Origin: Acidobacteriota bacterium
GTDB lineage: Bacteria > Acidobacteriota > Vicinamibacteria > Vicinamibacterales > 2-12-FULL-66-21
Reading direction: 5' to 3'
Assembly: GCA_046735335.1 (NCBI GenBank)
Contig: JBKPTE010000046.1
Span: forward strand, 32,080-96,079
DNA: 64,000 nucleotides
In this document: piece by piece, positions 8,947 to 19,394 of the stretch
How positions within the stretch are numbered: position 1 is the first letter of the stretch
Layout: each line of letters begins with the position of its first letter
Notes under the pieces: generated by a model
Seen by the model: the letters and a program-made list of their open reading frames with translations, nothing else
Databases searched by the model: none
What the model was told of the DNA's origin: nothing
Program-made: the position numbers and the translations under genes

Positions 8947-9117
8947 CTTGCCGGGCCGTAGCGCGAAGCGCGGCTTGTGCACCGTCGCGCGAAGCGCAGA
9001 GGTGGAAGGGCGGGCCTATGGCTCAGGTCCTGTCCTTTGCGTGCGCTCTGGGGCGCGCGGCGATCTACGGCGCTGATGGCAAACGTGTCGGGAATTGCCG
9101 GCAGAAAGGGGGGACTT

Positions 9118-9816
9118 ATGGGTAGCAGCCTGCTCTGGCGATCGCTACTGCTGCTCCCCGTCCTGACAGGCGCCTCGTGGGCGAAACCACCTGCTGCCCG
9201 CGCTGAAACGATCACGCTGGACCAGGGCTACGTCACCGTCGCGGACCAGCAATGGATGTTTCGCTTCGCGATTGGCAACGCCCAGTTCAGCGCCAGCATC
9301 CTGCCGCCGCTTCAGAGCTTCATCGGAAGCGGCTTCGACATCGGCTGCGCGGCGCTGGCATGCGTTCCGGGCCAGCACCTCGAGATGAACAACGGATCGG
9401 GGGGCTCCGTCCGGCTGGGGATCGGGAACGTCTACTATCACGGCACCCCGTTCAACGACGTCGCGTTCACGGGGCAGTGGCGGTTCCTCTCGCGCGGCGC
9501 AAATGCACCGCGCGATGGCTCGCCGACCTGGTCGCCGCGGGTGCCGTTCACGTTCTTCGGCACGCTCACCGGCACCAGCCAGGCGTCGCTCGGCCCGCTG
9601 GACGTGTTCTCCGTCCACGTCAGGGGGAATGGCGTCGCGCAGGCGGATCTGCTCCTTGAGGACCCCGGGTACGCGTTCGCTCCGGGCGGAACGTTCACGT
9701 ACAAGTTCGATGGCGGGTCAGTCACGCCCGAGCCGGCGTCGCTGCTGCTGATCGGGACGGGTGCGGCCGTGGCGTGGGGACGGCGGAGACTTACAGCCGG
9801 CGCACCTTCTCGATGA
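9118..9816 (+). CDS. PEP-CTERM sorting-domain protein (secreted, function unknown)
   Basis: RBS GAAAGGGGGG precedes ATG 9118. Signal peptide MGSSLLWRSLLLLPVLTGASWA. C-terminus VTPEPASLLLIGTGAAVAWGRRR is the PEP motif + TM helix + Arg cluster. Confidence 0.8.
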   Translation: MGSSLLWRSLLLLPVLTGASWAKPPAARAETITLDQGYVTVADQQWMFRFAIGNAQFSASILPPLQSFIGSGFDIGCAALACVPGQHLEMNNGSGGSVRLGIGNVYYHGTPFNDVAFTGQWRFLSRGANAPRDGSPTWSPRVPFTFFGTLTGTSQASLGPLDVFSVHVRGNGVAQADLLLEDPGYAFAPGGTFTYKFDGGSVTPEPASLLLIGTGAAVAWGRRRLTAGAPSR

Positions 9817-10258
9817 TCGCGCTCGTAGAGTAACCCGCCTCGATTGGTTCGCGGATCACGGCCCCGCCGCGCGCTTCGACCGTCTCGCGCCCCACTATTC
9901 CATCTTCGGGCCAGTCGGCCCCCTTCACGAGAACGTCCGGCGAGACGCGGCGAACGATTTCCGCTGGCGTGTCTTCGTCGAAGATCGACACCGCGGCCAC
10001 GCAGCCGAGCGCCGCCAGCACCTCGGCGCGCTCCAGTTCCGGATTGACCGGACGTCCTTCGCCCTTGTTCCGGCGCACCGACGCATCCGAGTTCAGGCCG
10101 ACGATCAGAAGGTCACCATGCGCGCGCGCCGCCTGCAGGTAGCGCACGTGGCCGGGATGAAGAATGTCGAACACCCCGTTGGTGAACACGATGCGCTGTC
10201 CGCGGCCGCGGGCGTCGCGGACGTACGCCTCGAGCGCGGCGTCGGAAAGAATCCTCAT
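9791..10258 (-). CDS. hldC: D-glycero-beta-D-manno-heptose 1-phosphate adenylyltransferase (stand-alone RfaE/HldE domain II)
   Basis: 155 aa. FTNGVFDILHPGHVRYLQAARAHGDLLIVGLNSDASVRRNKGEGRPVNPELERAEVLAAL...DVLVKGADW closely parallels the E. coli HldE C-terminal domain. Its ATG overlaps the upstream stop (ATGA at 10258..10255). Confidence 0.85.
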   Translation of the reverse strand: MRILSDAALEAYVRDARGRGQRIVFTNGVFDILHPGHVRYLQAARAHGDLLIVGLNSDASVRRNKGEGRPVNPELERAEVLAALGCVAAVSIFDEDTPAEIVRRVSPDVLVKGADWPEDGIVGRETVEARGGAVIREPIEAGYSTSAIIEKVRRL

Positions 10259-11625
10259 CCTCCGGAATCGGTCCGGCGGAACTCGACGCCGCCGCTGAAT
10301 CGCCAGGCATGACGCGGACGGTAGATTCCCACGTCCTTGGCGCGCGACTTCACGCGAAACGTGTAGAGCAGCCGATGATAGTCGTACGGGTACCCGTCGA
10401 TCTTGTGGACCGCGACATCGAGCTTGTAGGTGCCCTCCACGAGATCGATGGCCTCGATGGCAAACGTGATCTCGGCGTCGCCGCTCAGGCGCTCCGGAGC
10501 GAAGTCTTCGATCGCGGTGTTCGTGCCGTAGCAGCACGTCCCATCGGCATTGAAGATCCCGATGCCGACCACGAAGTCGTCGACGGGAAGCGGCGCACGC
10601 AGGCTGATGCGCAGCTGCATCGGGCTGCCCGCCTGGAACACGTGCGCCGGGACGTCGTCCCTTCCGAACAGCGAGACGCCAGTGATTTCCACCTCGCGCG
10701 AACCCCAGCGCCCTTCGGCCGCCCTGAACATGTCGTCCGGCGCGGTTGCCGCTTCCACGGGCGAATCGGGCAGGACCGCCGACGCGGGCTCGTCCGGGGA
10801 CACGATCGTTTCACTCGCGGCGGTCTGCGCGCGAGCGTCTCCCGCCGCCAGCTCCTGCTCCTCGCTCTCCTCGACGTTGGTGATGTACGCGCCCACCACC
10901 CGTTTGGGATCGCCCATCCCTTTGATCCTGCCGCTGTCGAGCCACAACGCCTCGTCGCAGAACCGCTCGACGAGGCCCAGCGAGTGCGTCACCAGCAGAA
11001 TCGTCTTGCCCCGCCGCTTGAACTCCGCGAACTTGTCGAGGCACTTGTGTGTGAAGCCCTCGTCGCCGACGGCGAGCACCTCGTCCACGAGCAGCACGTC
11101 AGGATCGACGTTGATCGCGACGGCAAACCCGAGCCGCATGTACATCCCTGACGAATAGGTCTTGACCGGAGCGTCGATGAATTCCCGCATTTCGGCGAAA
11201 TCGACGATCTCGTCGAACCGCCTGGCGACCTCGCGTTTCGACAGGCCGAGCATGATGCCGTTGATGAAGACGTTCTCCCGGCCCGAGATCTCGGGATGGA
11301 AGCCGGCGCCCAGCTCGATCAGCGCCGAAATGCGCCCGCGCACGTCGACCGTGCCCGCCGTCGGCTTCGTGATCCCCGCGACCAGCTTGAGGAGCGTGCT
11401 CTTGCCGGATCCGTTCCGGCCGATCACGCCCAGGGTCCGTCCGGCTGGAACGCTGAACGTGACGTCCTTCAGCGCGGCAAACGTCTCGTCGGGACTCAGG
11501 TCGCGCATGATGCTGCGGGAGAGCAGCGCGCTCTTGAGCGTCGCAAACTGCCGCTTGTGACTGTAGCGCCGGTAAATTTTCGATACGCCGGTCACCGCGA
11601 TCGCGGACGCGGGCCGCGCCATCAC
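10255..11625 (-). CDS. wzt: polysaccharide/O-antigen ABC exporter ATPase with C-terminal Wzt-type carbohydrate-binding domain
   Basis: Walker A GRNGSGKSTLLK, signature YSSGMYMRLGFA, Walker B LLVDEVLAVGD. It then has a ~180-aa beta-rich C-terminal domain (EVEITGVSLFG...GTYKLDVAVH). Start overlaps the permease stop by 4 nt. Confidence 0.85.
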   Translation of the reverse strand: MMARPASAIAVTGVSKIYRRYSHKRQFATLKSALLSRSIMRDLSPDETFAALKDVTFSVPAGRTLGVIGRNGSGKSTLLKLVAGITKPTAGTVDVRGRISALIELGAGFHPEISGRENVFINGIMLGLSKREVARRFDEIVDFAEMREFIDAPVKTYSSGMYMRLGFAVAINVDPDVLLVDEVLAVGDEGFTHKCLDKFAEFKRRGKTILLVTHSLGLVERFCDEALWLDSGRIKGMGDPKRVVGAYITNVEESEEQELAAGDARAQTAASETIVSPDEPASAVLPDSPVEAATAPDDMFRAAEGRWGSREVEITGVSLFGRDDVPAHVFQAGSPMQLRISLRAPLPVDDFVVGIGIFNADGTCCYGTNTAIEDFAPERLSGDAEITFAIEAIDLVEGTYKLDVAVHKIDGYPYDYHRLLYTFRVKSRAKDVGIYRPRHAWRFSGGVEFRRTDSGG

Positions 11626-12413
11626 ACTTCCTCCGCGAACGAATCACGCAACCGATCGAACACGAGATACCCGAAAAGAAAGAACACGACCGACAACACG
11701 CCGAGCAGCAGCAAGTACTTGAGATGCCCGAAGGGTCCGCGAAAGAAGAGCAGCTCCTGATACGACACGGCGAGGTGCGTGAACGGGTTGAGGTTCAGGA
11801 ATCGGCGAACGATCGGCGGCGCCTGAAACCAGGGATAGATGATCGGCGTGGCGAAAAACCAGAACGTGAGCACGTTCGCGAGAATGTCCCGGATATCGCG
11901 AAAGTGTACGGTCAGCGCCGACAGGATCAGTGCGAACCCGAGCGTCAGGATCAATTGGACGAGGACGACGAATGGAAGCCAGAGGATCGTGATCGTGGGA
12001 GGGAGCCGGTAATAGAGCAGGAACGCCGCGAGAATCGGCAGCCCGAGGAAGAAGTGCACCATGTTCGCGAGCACCGTGACGATCGGCAGAATCTCGGCCG
12101 GGAAGAGCACCTTCTTGATCAGGTTCCCGCCGGAGATCAGCACGTTCGACGATTCGGCGAGCGACGAGGCGAACCAGGTCCAGGGCAGGATTCCGCAGAA
12201 CATGAACAGCGCGTACGGCTCCAACTCGGGCCCGTGGCTGCCCGGCATCACATACTTGAACACGAGCGTGTAGATGACCAGCAGCAGGAGCGGGTTGATG
12301 AAGGACCAGAAGAAGCCGAGCACGGATCCGCGGTACCGCGCCTTCAGCTCGCGCGCCACCAGGCTGTGAATCAGGCCGCGGTAGCGTGCGAGCTTCGCGA
12401 GGTTACGGAGCAT
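11622..12413 (-). CDS. wzm: ABC-2 type polysaccharide exporter permease
   Basis: 263 aa, six hydrophobic segments, N-terminal YRGLIHSLVARELKARYRGSVLGFFWSFINPLL typical of Wzm/TagG permeases. Confidence 0.8.
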   Translation of the reverse strand: MLRNLAKLARYRGLIHSLVARELKARYRGSVLGFFWSFINPLLLLVIYTLVFKYVMPGSHGPELEPYALFMFCGILPWTWFASSLAESSNVLISGGNLIKKVLFPAEILPIVTVLANMVHFFLGLPILAAFLLYYRLPPTITILWLPFVVLVQLILTLGFALILSALTVHFRDIRDILANVLTFWFFATPIIYPWFQAPPIVRRFLNLNPFTHLAVSYQELLFFRGPFGHLKYLLLLGVLSVVFFLFGYLVFDRLRDSFAEEV

Positions 12414-13170
12414 CGACTTCGATGACGACGGTCGTCACGTTGTCGGGCCCCCCCGCATCGTTCGCGGCGGCAATCAGGCGCTCGCAGACCGCTTCGAGCG
12501 GCACGCGTTCCCCCAGCAGGCGGACGATCGTGTCGTGCGGGACGACCGTGAACAATCCGTCGGAGCAGAGGAGGAACCGCTCTCCCGCCTTCGGCGACAG
12601 TTCCACGATGTCGATCTCCGGATCGTCGCCGCCGGCGAGCGCACGCGTCACCACATTGCGCCACGGGTGCTGCCGCGCGGCCGTCTCCGTCATCGTTCCC
12701 GCGCGCACCTGTTCTTCGACCCATGAATGGTCGCTCGTAATCTGCTCGAGCTTGCCGGCGCGCAGCACGTAGATGCGGCTGTCCCCGACGTGCGCCACAC
12801 AGGCGCGCTCGCGCGAGGCGAGCAGGGCGGACGCCGTCGTTGCCATGCCGCGCAGATCGACGGCGTCGGACATCGCGTTGGCGATCTGGCGGTTGGCGAG
12901 GCGGAACGCCGCCTTCAGGCGGTTGCCGTCGAGGCTGATGGTCGGCTCGAACGGAAAGGGCCACGTACGGTTCTTGTCGGCGCCGGCGGTCTCGGCGATG
13001 AAGGTCTGAATCGTTTCCACCGCGATGCGGGAGGCGACTTCTCCGGCAACGTGTCCGCCCATGCCGTCGGCAACCACGAACAGCCCGATGTCGGCGCGGG
13101 TGCAGAAGCTGTCTTCGTTGCTGCTGCGGCGCAGGCCGGGGTCCGTGCGGACGGCCCAGGAAAGCTTCAT
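12403..13170 (-). CDS. PP2C-family Ser/Thr protein phosphatase
   Basis: From ATG 13170: MKLSWAVRTDPGLRRSSNEDSF...LFVVADGMGGHVAGEVAS...LLCSDGL...GGPDNVTTVVI. The track ORF 12403..13863 is over-extended across atpC. The 3' end overlaps the wzm start by 11 nt. Confidence 0.85.
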   Translation of the reverse strand: MKLSWAVRTDPGLRRSSNEDSFCTRADIGLFVVADGMGGHVAGEVASRIAVETIQTFIAETAGADKNRTWPFPFEPTISLDGNRLKAAFRLANRQIANAMSDAVDLRGMATTASALLASRERACVAHVGDSRIYVLRAGKLEQITSDHSWVEEQVRAGTMTETAARQHPWRNVVTRALAGGDDPEIDIVELSPKAGERFLLCSDGLFTVVPHDTIVRLLGERVPLEAVCERLIAAANDAGGPDNVTTVVIEVDAP

Positions 13171-13184
13171 CTCATTGACACGGT

Positions 13185-13642
13185 TCAACCCTGGGGCGGC
13201 GGCATGCGCTGCCGACCGACGCGCCCGGCGAGCTGGATCCGCGACGAGACCTGGAGACGCGTGAGTGATTTCATCAGTGCGGCGCGGGCTCGCTCGTAGT
13301 CGACTTCCGCCTTCGGCTGCGCGAGCCTCGTTTCCGCGCGCTTTCGCGCGTCTTCGGCCCTGGCAGGATCGATGTCTTCGGCGCGTTCCGCTATCTGGGC
13401 CAGAATTGTGACACGGTCGGGGAGGACTTCCGCAAACCCGAACGCGACGGACAGATAGGTCTTCTCCTGGCCCTTCCGGTACCACAGCTCGCCCACGGCG
13501 AGCGACGCCAGCAGCGGCGTGTGCCCCGGCAGCACGCCGAAATACCCTTCGCTCCCGGGGACCTCCACCTCGTCGACCTGCTCGCGCACGAGCAGCTTGT
13601 CGGGCATGACGATCTCGAGGTCGATGTGGGTTGGAAGCGCCA

Positions 13643-13643
<1 letters not shown>
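13185..13643 (-). CDS. atpC: F1 ATP synthase epsilon subunit
   Basis: LEIVMPDKLLVREQVDEVEVPGSEGYFGVLPGHTPLLASLAVGEL... followed by a C-terminal helical hairpin. Start abuts the atpD stop. Confidence 0.9.
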
Positions 13644-15121
<1,478 letters not shown>

Positions 15122-15134
15122 TCACTCACTCGTG

Positions 15135-15156
15135 GCTTCCGCCTTCAGGCGGAAGC
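15135..15156. repeat. GC-rich hairpin GCTTCCGCC-TTCA-GGCGGAAGC in the atpG-atpD spacer
   Basis: 9-bp perfect stem. The stem sequence is the same as in the hairpin at 1865..1884. Confidence 0.8.
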
Positions 15157-15160
15157 ACCA

Positions 15161-16042
15161 TTACAACGCCTCTGCGCCCGACACGACCTCGATGATCTCG
15201 CGCGTAATCGCCGCCTGTCGAACCTTGTTCATGTACAGCGTGAGCTGGTCGATCATCTCCGAGGCGTTCCGCGACGCCGAGTCCATCGCCGTCATCTGCG
15301 CGGCGTAGAACGCGGCGTTCGATTCGAGCAGCGCCCGGAATGCCTGCACCTCGACGTGCCGCGGGAGCAGCGTCGTGAACAGCTCCTCCGGCGTCGGCTC
15401 GTATAGATAATCCGTTGTGGGCAGGCCTCCAGCCGGCGCGGCCCCCTCGATTTCCAGCCTCGGAATCGGCAGCAATCGCTCGAGAACGATCCGCTGCTGG
15501 ATGACGGACTTGAACTCGTTGTACACGAGGTACACGCTGTCGACCTGGCCCCCCACGAACGCCTCGATCGCGGCCTGCGCGATATCCTGCGCGTGGCCGT
15601 ACTGCAGCGCCTGGAACAGGTTCACCTGCTCGTAGCGCACCTCGAACCCGCGCCGCGCGAAGAAGTCGCGGCCGCGGCGGCCGACGAGGCCGAGCGCCAC
15701 CTCGCGTGCCGGATCCTCGACGATGAACGTGCTGGCGGCCTTGATGGCGTTCGTGTTGAAGCTGCCGCACAGCCCGCGGTCCGCCGTGATCACGAACAAC
15801 AGCGCCTTGCCTCCGGCGCGCGGCGTCGCGCGCTCGTCGAGCAGCGGGTGCGATCCGGGATCCACGCGCGCGGCAAGGCTGTTGAGCACGCGCAGCATTT
15901 CGGTCGCGAACGGCCGCGCGTGCTGGATCCGTTCCTGGGCGCGGCGCAGTCGGGACGCCGCAACCATCTTCATGGCCTTGGTGATCTGCTGCGTCGATTT
16001 GACCGCGCGGATGCGGCGCCGAATGTCCAGGAGTGAGGGCAT
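15161..16042 (-). CDS. atpG: F1 ATP synthase gamma subunit
   Basis: MPSLLDIRRRIRAVKSTQQITKAMKMVAASRLRRAQ... and C-terminal LTLYMNKVRQAAITREIIEVVSGAEAL. Confidence 0.95.
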   Translation of the reverse strand: MPSLLDIRRRIRAVKSTQQITKAMKMVAASRLRRAQERIQHARPFATEMLRVLNSLAARVDPGSHPLLDERATPRAGGKALLFVITADRGLCGSFNTNAIKAASTFIVEDPAREVALGLVGRRGRDFFARRGFEVRYEQVNLFQALQYGHAQDIAQAAIEAFVGGQVDSVYLVYNEFKSVIQQRIVLERLLPIPRLEIEGAAPAGGLPTTDYLYEPTPEELFTTLLPRHVEVQAFRALLESNAAFYAAQMTAMDSASRNASEMIDQLTLYMNKVRQAAITREIIEVVSGAEAL

Positions 16043-16048
16043 GCGCCT

Positions 16049-17572
16049 CTATGCCGCCTTCTGCGCCGCCGCGAAGTCCCGTCCGTACTCCTCGAGCGCC
16101 GAATTCAACTCCGCCTTCATCGCATCGTCGATCTGCTTCTTCTCGGCGAGAGAGGAGAGCAGTTGCGCACGGCGCGTGTCGAGGAACTTGTAGAGCCCCT
16201 CTTCGTACGCGCGCACGGATTCGACCGCCACCGCATCGAGATAGCCGTTGGTCGCGGCGTAGATGATGGCGACCTGCTTTTCGACGGGCAGCGGTTGATA
16301 CTGCGGCTGCTTCAGCACCTCGACGAGCCGGCGTCCGCGATTGAGCTGATGGAGCGTCGCCTTGTCGAGATCCGATCCGAACTGCGCGAACGCCGCCAGC
16401 TCGCGGTACTGCGCGAGGTCCAGACGCAGCGTGCCCGCGACCTGCCGCATCGCTTTCACCTGCGCGGAGCCGCCGACGCGCGACACCGAGTTGCCGACGT
16501 TGATCGCCGGACGCACGCCCTGGTGGAAGAGATCGGACTCGAGGAAGATCTGGCCGTCGGTGATCGAGATGACGTTCGTCGGAATGTAGGCCGACAGGTC
16601 CCCGGCCTGGGTCTCGATGATCGGGAGCGCGGTCAGCGAGCCTCCCCCCAGCTCCTTCCGGAGCTTCGCCGCGCGCTCGAGCAGGCGCGAGTGCAGGTAG
16701 AAGACGTCGCCCGGATACGCCTCGCGGCCCGGCGGGCGCCGCAGCAGGAGCGAAATCTCGCGATACGCCTGTGCGTGCTTGGAGAGATCGTCGTAGATGC
16801 ACAGCGCGTGTCCGCCGTTGTCGCGGAAATATTCGCCCATCGTGCAGGCGGCATACGGGCTGATGTACAGGAGCGGCGCGGGATCGGATGCCCCGGCAGC
16901 GACGACGATCGTGTACTCCATCGCGCCCGTCTCTTCGAACGTCCGCACCACCTGCGCAATCGTGGACTGCTTCTGCCCGATCGCGTTGTAGAGACAGATG
17001 ACGTTCTGCCCTTTCTGATTGATGATCGTGTCGACCGCGACGGCGGTCTTGCCGGTCTGTCGGTCGCCGATGATCAGCTCGCGCTGCCCACGGCCGATCG
17101 GAACCATGGCGTCGATCGCCTTGAGGCCCGTCTGCATCGGCTCCTTCACGGGCTGGCGATCCACGACGCCAGGCGCGAGGCGCTCGATCGGCATCGACTG
17201 CTTCGAGACGATCGGCCCCTTGCCGTCGATCGGCTGCCCGAGCGCGTTCACGACGCGGCCCACGAGCTCGGGACCAACGGGGACGGAAATGATGCGCCCC
17301 GTCCGCTTGACCGTGTCCCCTTCGCGGATTTCGGAGTAGTCGCCGAGCAGCACGACGCCGACGCTCTCTTCTTCGAGATTCAGCGCGATGCCGTAGATCC
17401 CGTGCGGGAACTCGAGCATCTCGCCGGCCATCGTGTTTTCCACGCCGTGCACGCGCGCGATGCCGTCGCCGACCGACACGATCGTGCCGACCTCGGCGAC
17501 GTTGACGTCGACGGCGTAGCTGCCGATCTGGTCGCGGATGATCTTGGAGATTTCTTCTGCTTTGATGTCCAT
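16049..17572 (-). CDS. atpA: F1 ATP synthase alpha subunit
   Basis: From ATG 17572: [16 protein letters not shown]...; P-loop GDRQTGKTA. The track ORF extends 15 codons further, to 17617. Confidence 0.97.
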   Translation of the reverse strand: MDIKAEEISKIIRDQIGSYAVDVNVAEVGTIVSVGDGIARVHGVENTMAGEMLEFPHGIYGIALNLEEESVGVVLLGDYSEIREGDTVKRTGRIISVPVGPELVGRVVNALGQPIDGKGPIVSKQSMPIERLAPGVVDRQPVKEPMQTGLKAIDAMVPIGRGQRELIIGDRQTGKTAVAVDTIINQKGQNVICLYNAIGQKQSTIAQVVRTFEETGAMEYTIVVAAGASDPAPLLYISPYAACTMGEYFRDNGGHALCIYDDLSKHAQAYREISLLLRRPPGREAYPGDVFYLHSRLLERAAKLRKELGGGSLTALPIIETQAGDLSAYIPTNVISITDGQIFLESDLFHQGVRPAINVGNSVSRVGGSAQVKAMRQVAGTLRLDLAQYRELAAFAQFGSDLDKATLHQLNRGRRLVEVLKQPQYQPLPVEKQVAIIYAATNGYLDAVAVESVRAYEEGLYKFLDTRRAQLLSSLAEKKQIDDAMKAELNSALEEYGRDFAAAQKAA

Positions 17573-17613
17573 GTCCAAACTCGCGTGATCACGGCCGACG
17601 GCCGTCGATACGC

Positions 17614-18165
17614 TCACTCAGCCCCAGCGATCAAACTTTCCTTCATCTTCTCCAGCTGCGTCACGACGCTGCCGTCGTAGACCGTGCTTCCGAGCTTCGC
17701 CACAACGCCGCCGATGATCGCGGGATCCACCCGTGCCTTCAACGTGACGCGTCGTCCGGTGATGCGTCCGAGGCTCTCTTCGAGCGCCCGCAGCCGTGCG
17801 GCATCCAGCGGCACGGCGGTCGTGACGCCGCCGCGAATCACCTTCTGATGTTCCAGCAGGCGGTCGTCGTACGCGTCGGCCAGATCGGGCAACAGCAACA
17901 GGCGGTCGCGATCGGCGAGCAGCAGCAGCAGCTTCGCGAGCGGCGACGACACGGGCCCCGCCTTGTCGAGAAGCGCCTTCACGAGGCCATGCTTGCGTGC
18001 GGCGGGGATTGCGGGATTGCCAACGATGTTCCAGAGCGCCTCGTTCCCGCGCACGAGATCGGCGAATTGCCGCAGCTCCCCCTGGACCGGCTCCGCCGAT
18101 CCTTCCGCGAGCGCGACGTCGAACAACGCTCGCGCGTAGCGTTTCGCCGCCGCCCGGGCGGTCAT
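17614..18165 (-). CDS. atpH: F1 ATP synthase delta (OSCP) subunit
   Basis: From ATG 18165: [22 protein letters not shown]... ...[33 protein letters not shown] overlap with the atpF stop. Confidence 0.9.
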   Translation of the reverse strand: MTARAAAKRYARALFDVALAEGSAEPVQGELRQFADLVRGNEALWNIVGNPAIPAARKHGLVKALLDKAGPVSSPLAKLLLLLADRDRLLLLPDLADAYDDRLLEHQKVIRGGVTTAVPLDAARLRALEESLGRITGRRVTLKARVDPAIIGGVVAKLGSTVYDGSVVTQLEKMKESLIAGAE

Positions 18166-18839
18166 TGCGCGCCTCCGGCGATCTGCGAGGCGTAACGATC
18201 CACGAGCCGCGCCTGATCTTCCGGAGTCATCGTCTGCTTGATGCGATCGGACGCGACGGAGACGGCAAGCGTCGCGGTCTGTTCCAGGATCTGCCGCCGC
18301 GCCACGCGGTAATGCATCTCGATCTCGCGTCGGGTGTGCGCGAGCAGCCGCTGGCGCTCGGCCTCCGCGGCCTGTTCGATGCGCTGGCGCTCGGCCACGA
18401 TCTCCTCGGCCCCTCTCGCCTTGAGGGTCTCGAGCTCCGATGGCAGCGACTGCAGCTTCGCCTGAATGCCTGCGAGACGCCGGGATGCTTCCTCCCGCGT
18501 GGCGGCCGCGGCCACGAGGTCTTCGCGGACGCGCGAGATCCTCGACGAGAGGTACGTCGCGATCGGCGATTTCAGGAAGTACGCGAGCACGGCGACGAGC
18601 ACCGCGAAGTTGAAGATCTTCGCGATCGTCGCGAGCCACCCGGATCCGTGTTCCTCGCCTTCTTCGGACGGGTGAGCGGGTGCGGATGCGTGTGCCTCGA
18701 CGGGTGCGGATGCCGCTTCGTGCGGCTGTTGGGCGGTCACGCGTGCCGCGAGGGGAAGCGCAAAAACGAGCAACAGAATCGCGCACACCCACGCACACCC
18801 GCGCGCGGCGATTCGGCCAGAGGAAGGGTCGGATCTCAT
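18162..18839 (-). CDS. atpF: Fo ATP synthase b subunit with N-terminal signal-like extension
   Basis: From ATG 18839: signal-like MRSDPSSGRIAARGCAWVCAILLLVFALPLAARVTA, then a His/Glu/Ala-rich stretch, a TM helix (IFNFAVLVAVLAYFL) and a long coiled coil. The track ORF is over-extended to 19184. Confidence 0.85.
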   Translation of the reverse strand: MRSDPSSGRIAARGCAWVCAILLLVFALPLAARVTAQQPHEAASAPVEAHASAPAHPSEEGEEHGSGWLATIAKIFNFAVLVAVLAYFLKSPIATYLSSRISRVREDLVAAAATREEASRRLAGIQAKLQSLPSELETLKARGAEEIVAERQRIEQAAEAERQRLLAHTRREIEMHYRVARRQILEQTATLAVSVASDRIKQTMTPEDQARLVDRYASQIAGGAQ

Positions 18840-18876
18840 CACGAACGGATCAGTCTTCAAGGAAAATGTCCGGGAT

Positions 18877-19302
18877 TCAGGACGCCCGCCGGCCCAGGAT
18901 TCGCTCGGCCGCGGCAGCGCCGAGCGTTTGCGCATCTTCGGCGAGCCGGCGCCGCGCCTCGGCCGCTTCCGCGTCGAGACGTTTGATGGCGTCGTCGACG
19001 GCCGCCTCCGCCTGCGCGCGCGTCTCGGCGACGATCTCGGAACGCCGCGCGAGCGCCGACTTCCGCATCTCGTCCATCTCGCGATAGATCTCCGCGCGCG
19101 CCGCCGTGGTCTTCCGATCGAACTCGTCGGCCGCCGCCTGCGCCTCGGTCGCCGACCGCTGCGCGAGCGCGCGCGCCGATTCAATCGCCTCTTCGCGCTT
19201 GCGAATGACGCCCAGCACGGGCCGGAGCAGCAGCCGATCGATGACGACCGTCAGCACCAGCACCAGCACGATGACCCAGAAGACGGACAGATTGGGAAGC
19301 AC
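18877..19302 (-). CDS. atpF2: Fo ATP synthase b' subunit (second b-type stalk protein)
   Basis: GTG start. One TM helix (VFWVIVLVLVLTVVI) followed by LLRPVLGVIRKREEAI and an Ala/Glu/Arg-rich coiled coil. Confidence 0.8.
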   Translation of the reverse strand: MLPNLSVFWVIVLVLVLTVVIDRLLLRPVLGVIRKREEAIESARALAQRSATEAQAAADEFDRKTTAARAEIYREMDEMRKSALARRSEIVAETRAQAEAAVDDAIKRLDAEAAEARRRLAEDAQTLGAAAAERILGRRAS

Positions 19303-19362
19303 GGGGCGTCAGCAGACCTCGATCATCCAGCCGCACCTCTCGCGGCGTAGACAAAACATCAA

Positions 19363-19392
19363 TTTATACCATCATGGAGGGCGCCCTCTCAA
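19363..19392 (-). promoter_or_regulatory. candidate sigma-70-type promoter of the atp block (TTGAGA-N18-TATAAA)
   Basis: The minus strand reads TTGAGAgggcgccctccatgatggTATAAA. The perfect 12-bp palindrome GAGGGCGCCCTC (19377..19388) begins inside the -35 hexamer and extends into the spacer. About 55 nt upstream of the atpF2 GTG. Confidence 0.35.
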
Positions 19393-19394
19393 GC

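Noticed and set aside
6052-8961. 969-aa plus-strand ORF covering most of the mfd locus
   Set aside because: It is antisense to an unmistakable mfd gene. The translation is Arg/Ala/Asp-rich low complexity with no motif. Stop-poor antisense frames are expected at this G+C content.
8919-9125. 68-aa ORF starting right after the GGAGG-containing tandem repeat
   Set aside because: Cys/Arg/Ala-rich with no homology features, and it overlaps the better-supported PEP-CTERM gene start. Probably fortuitous.
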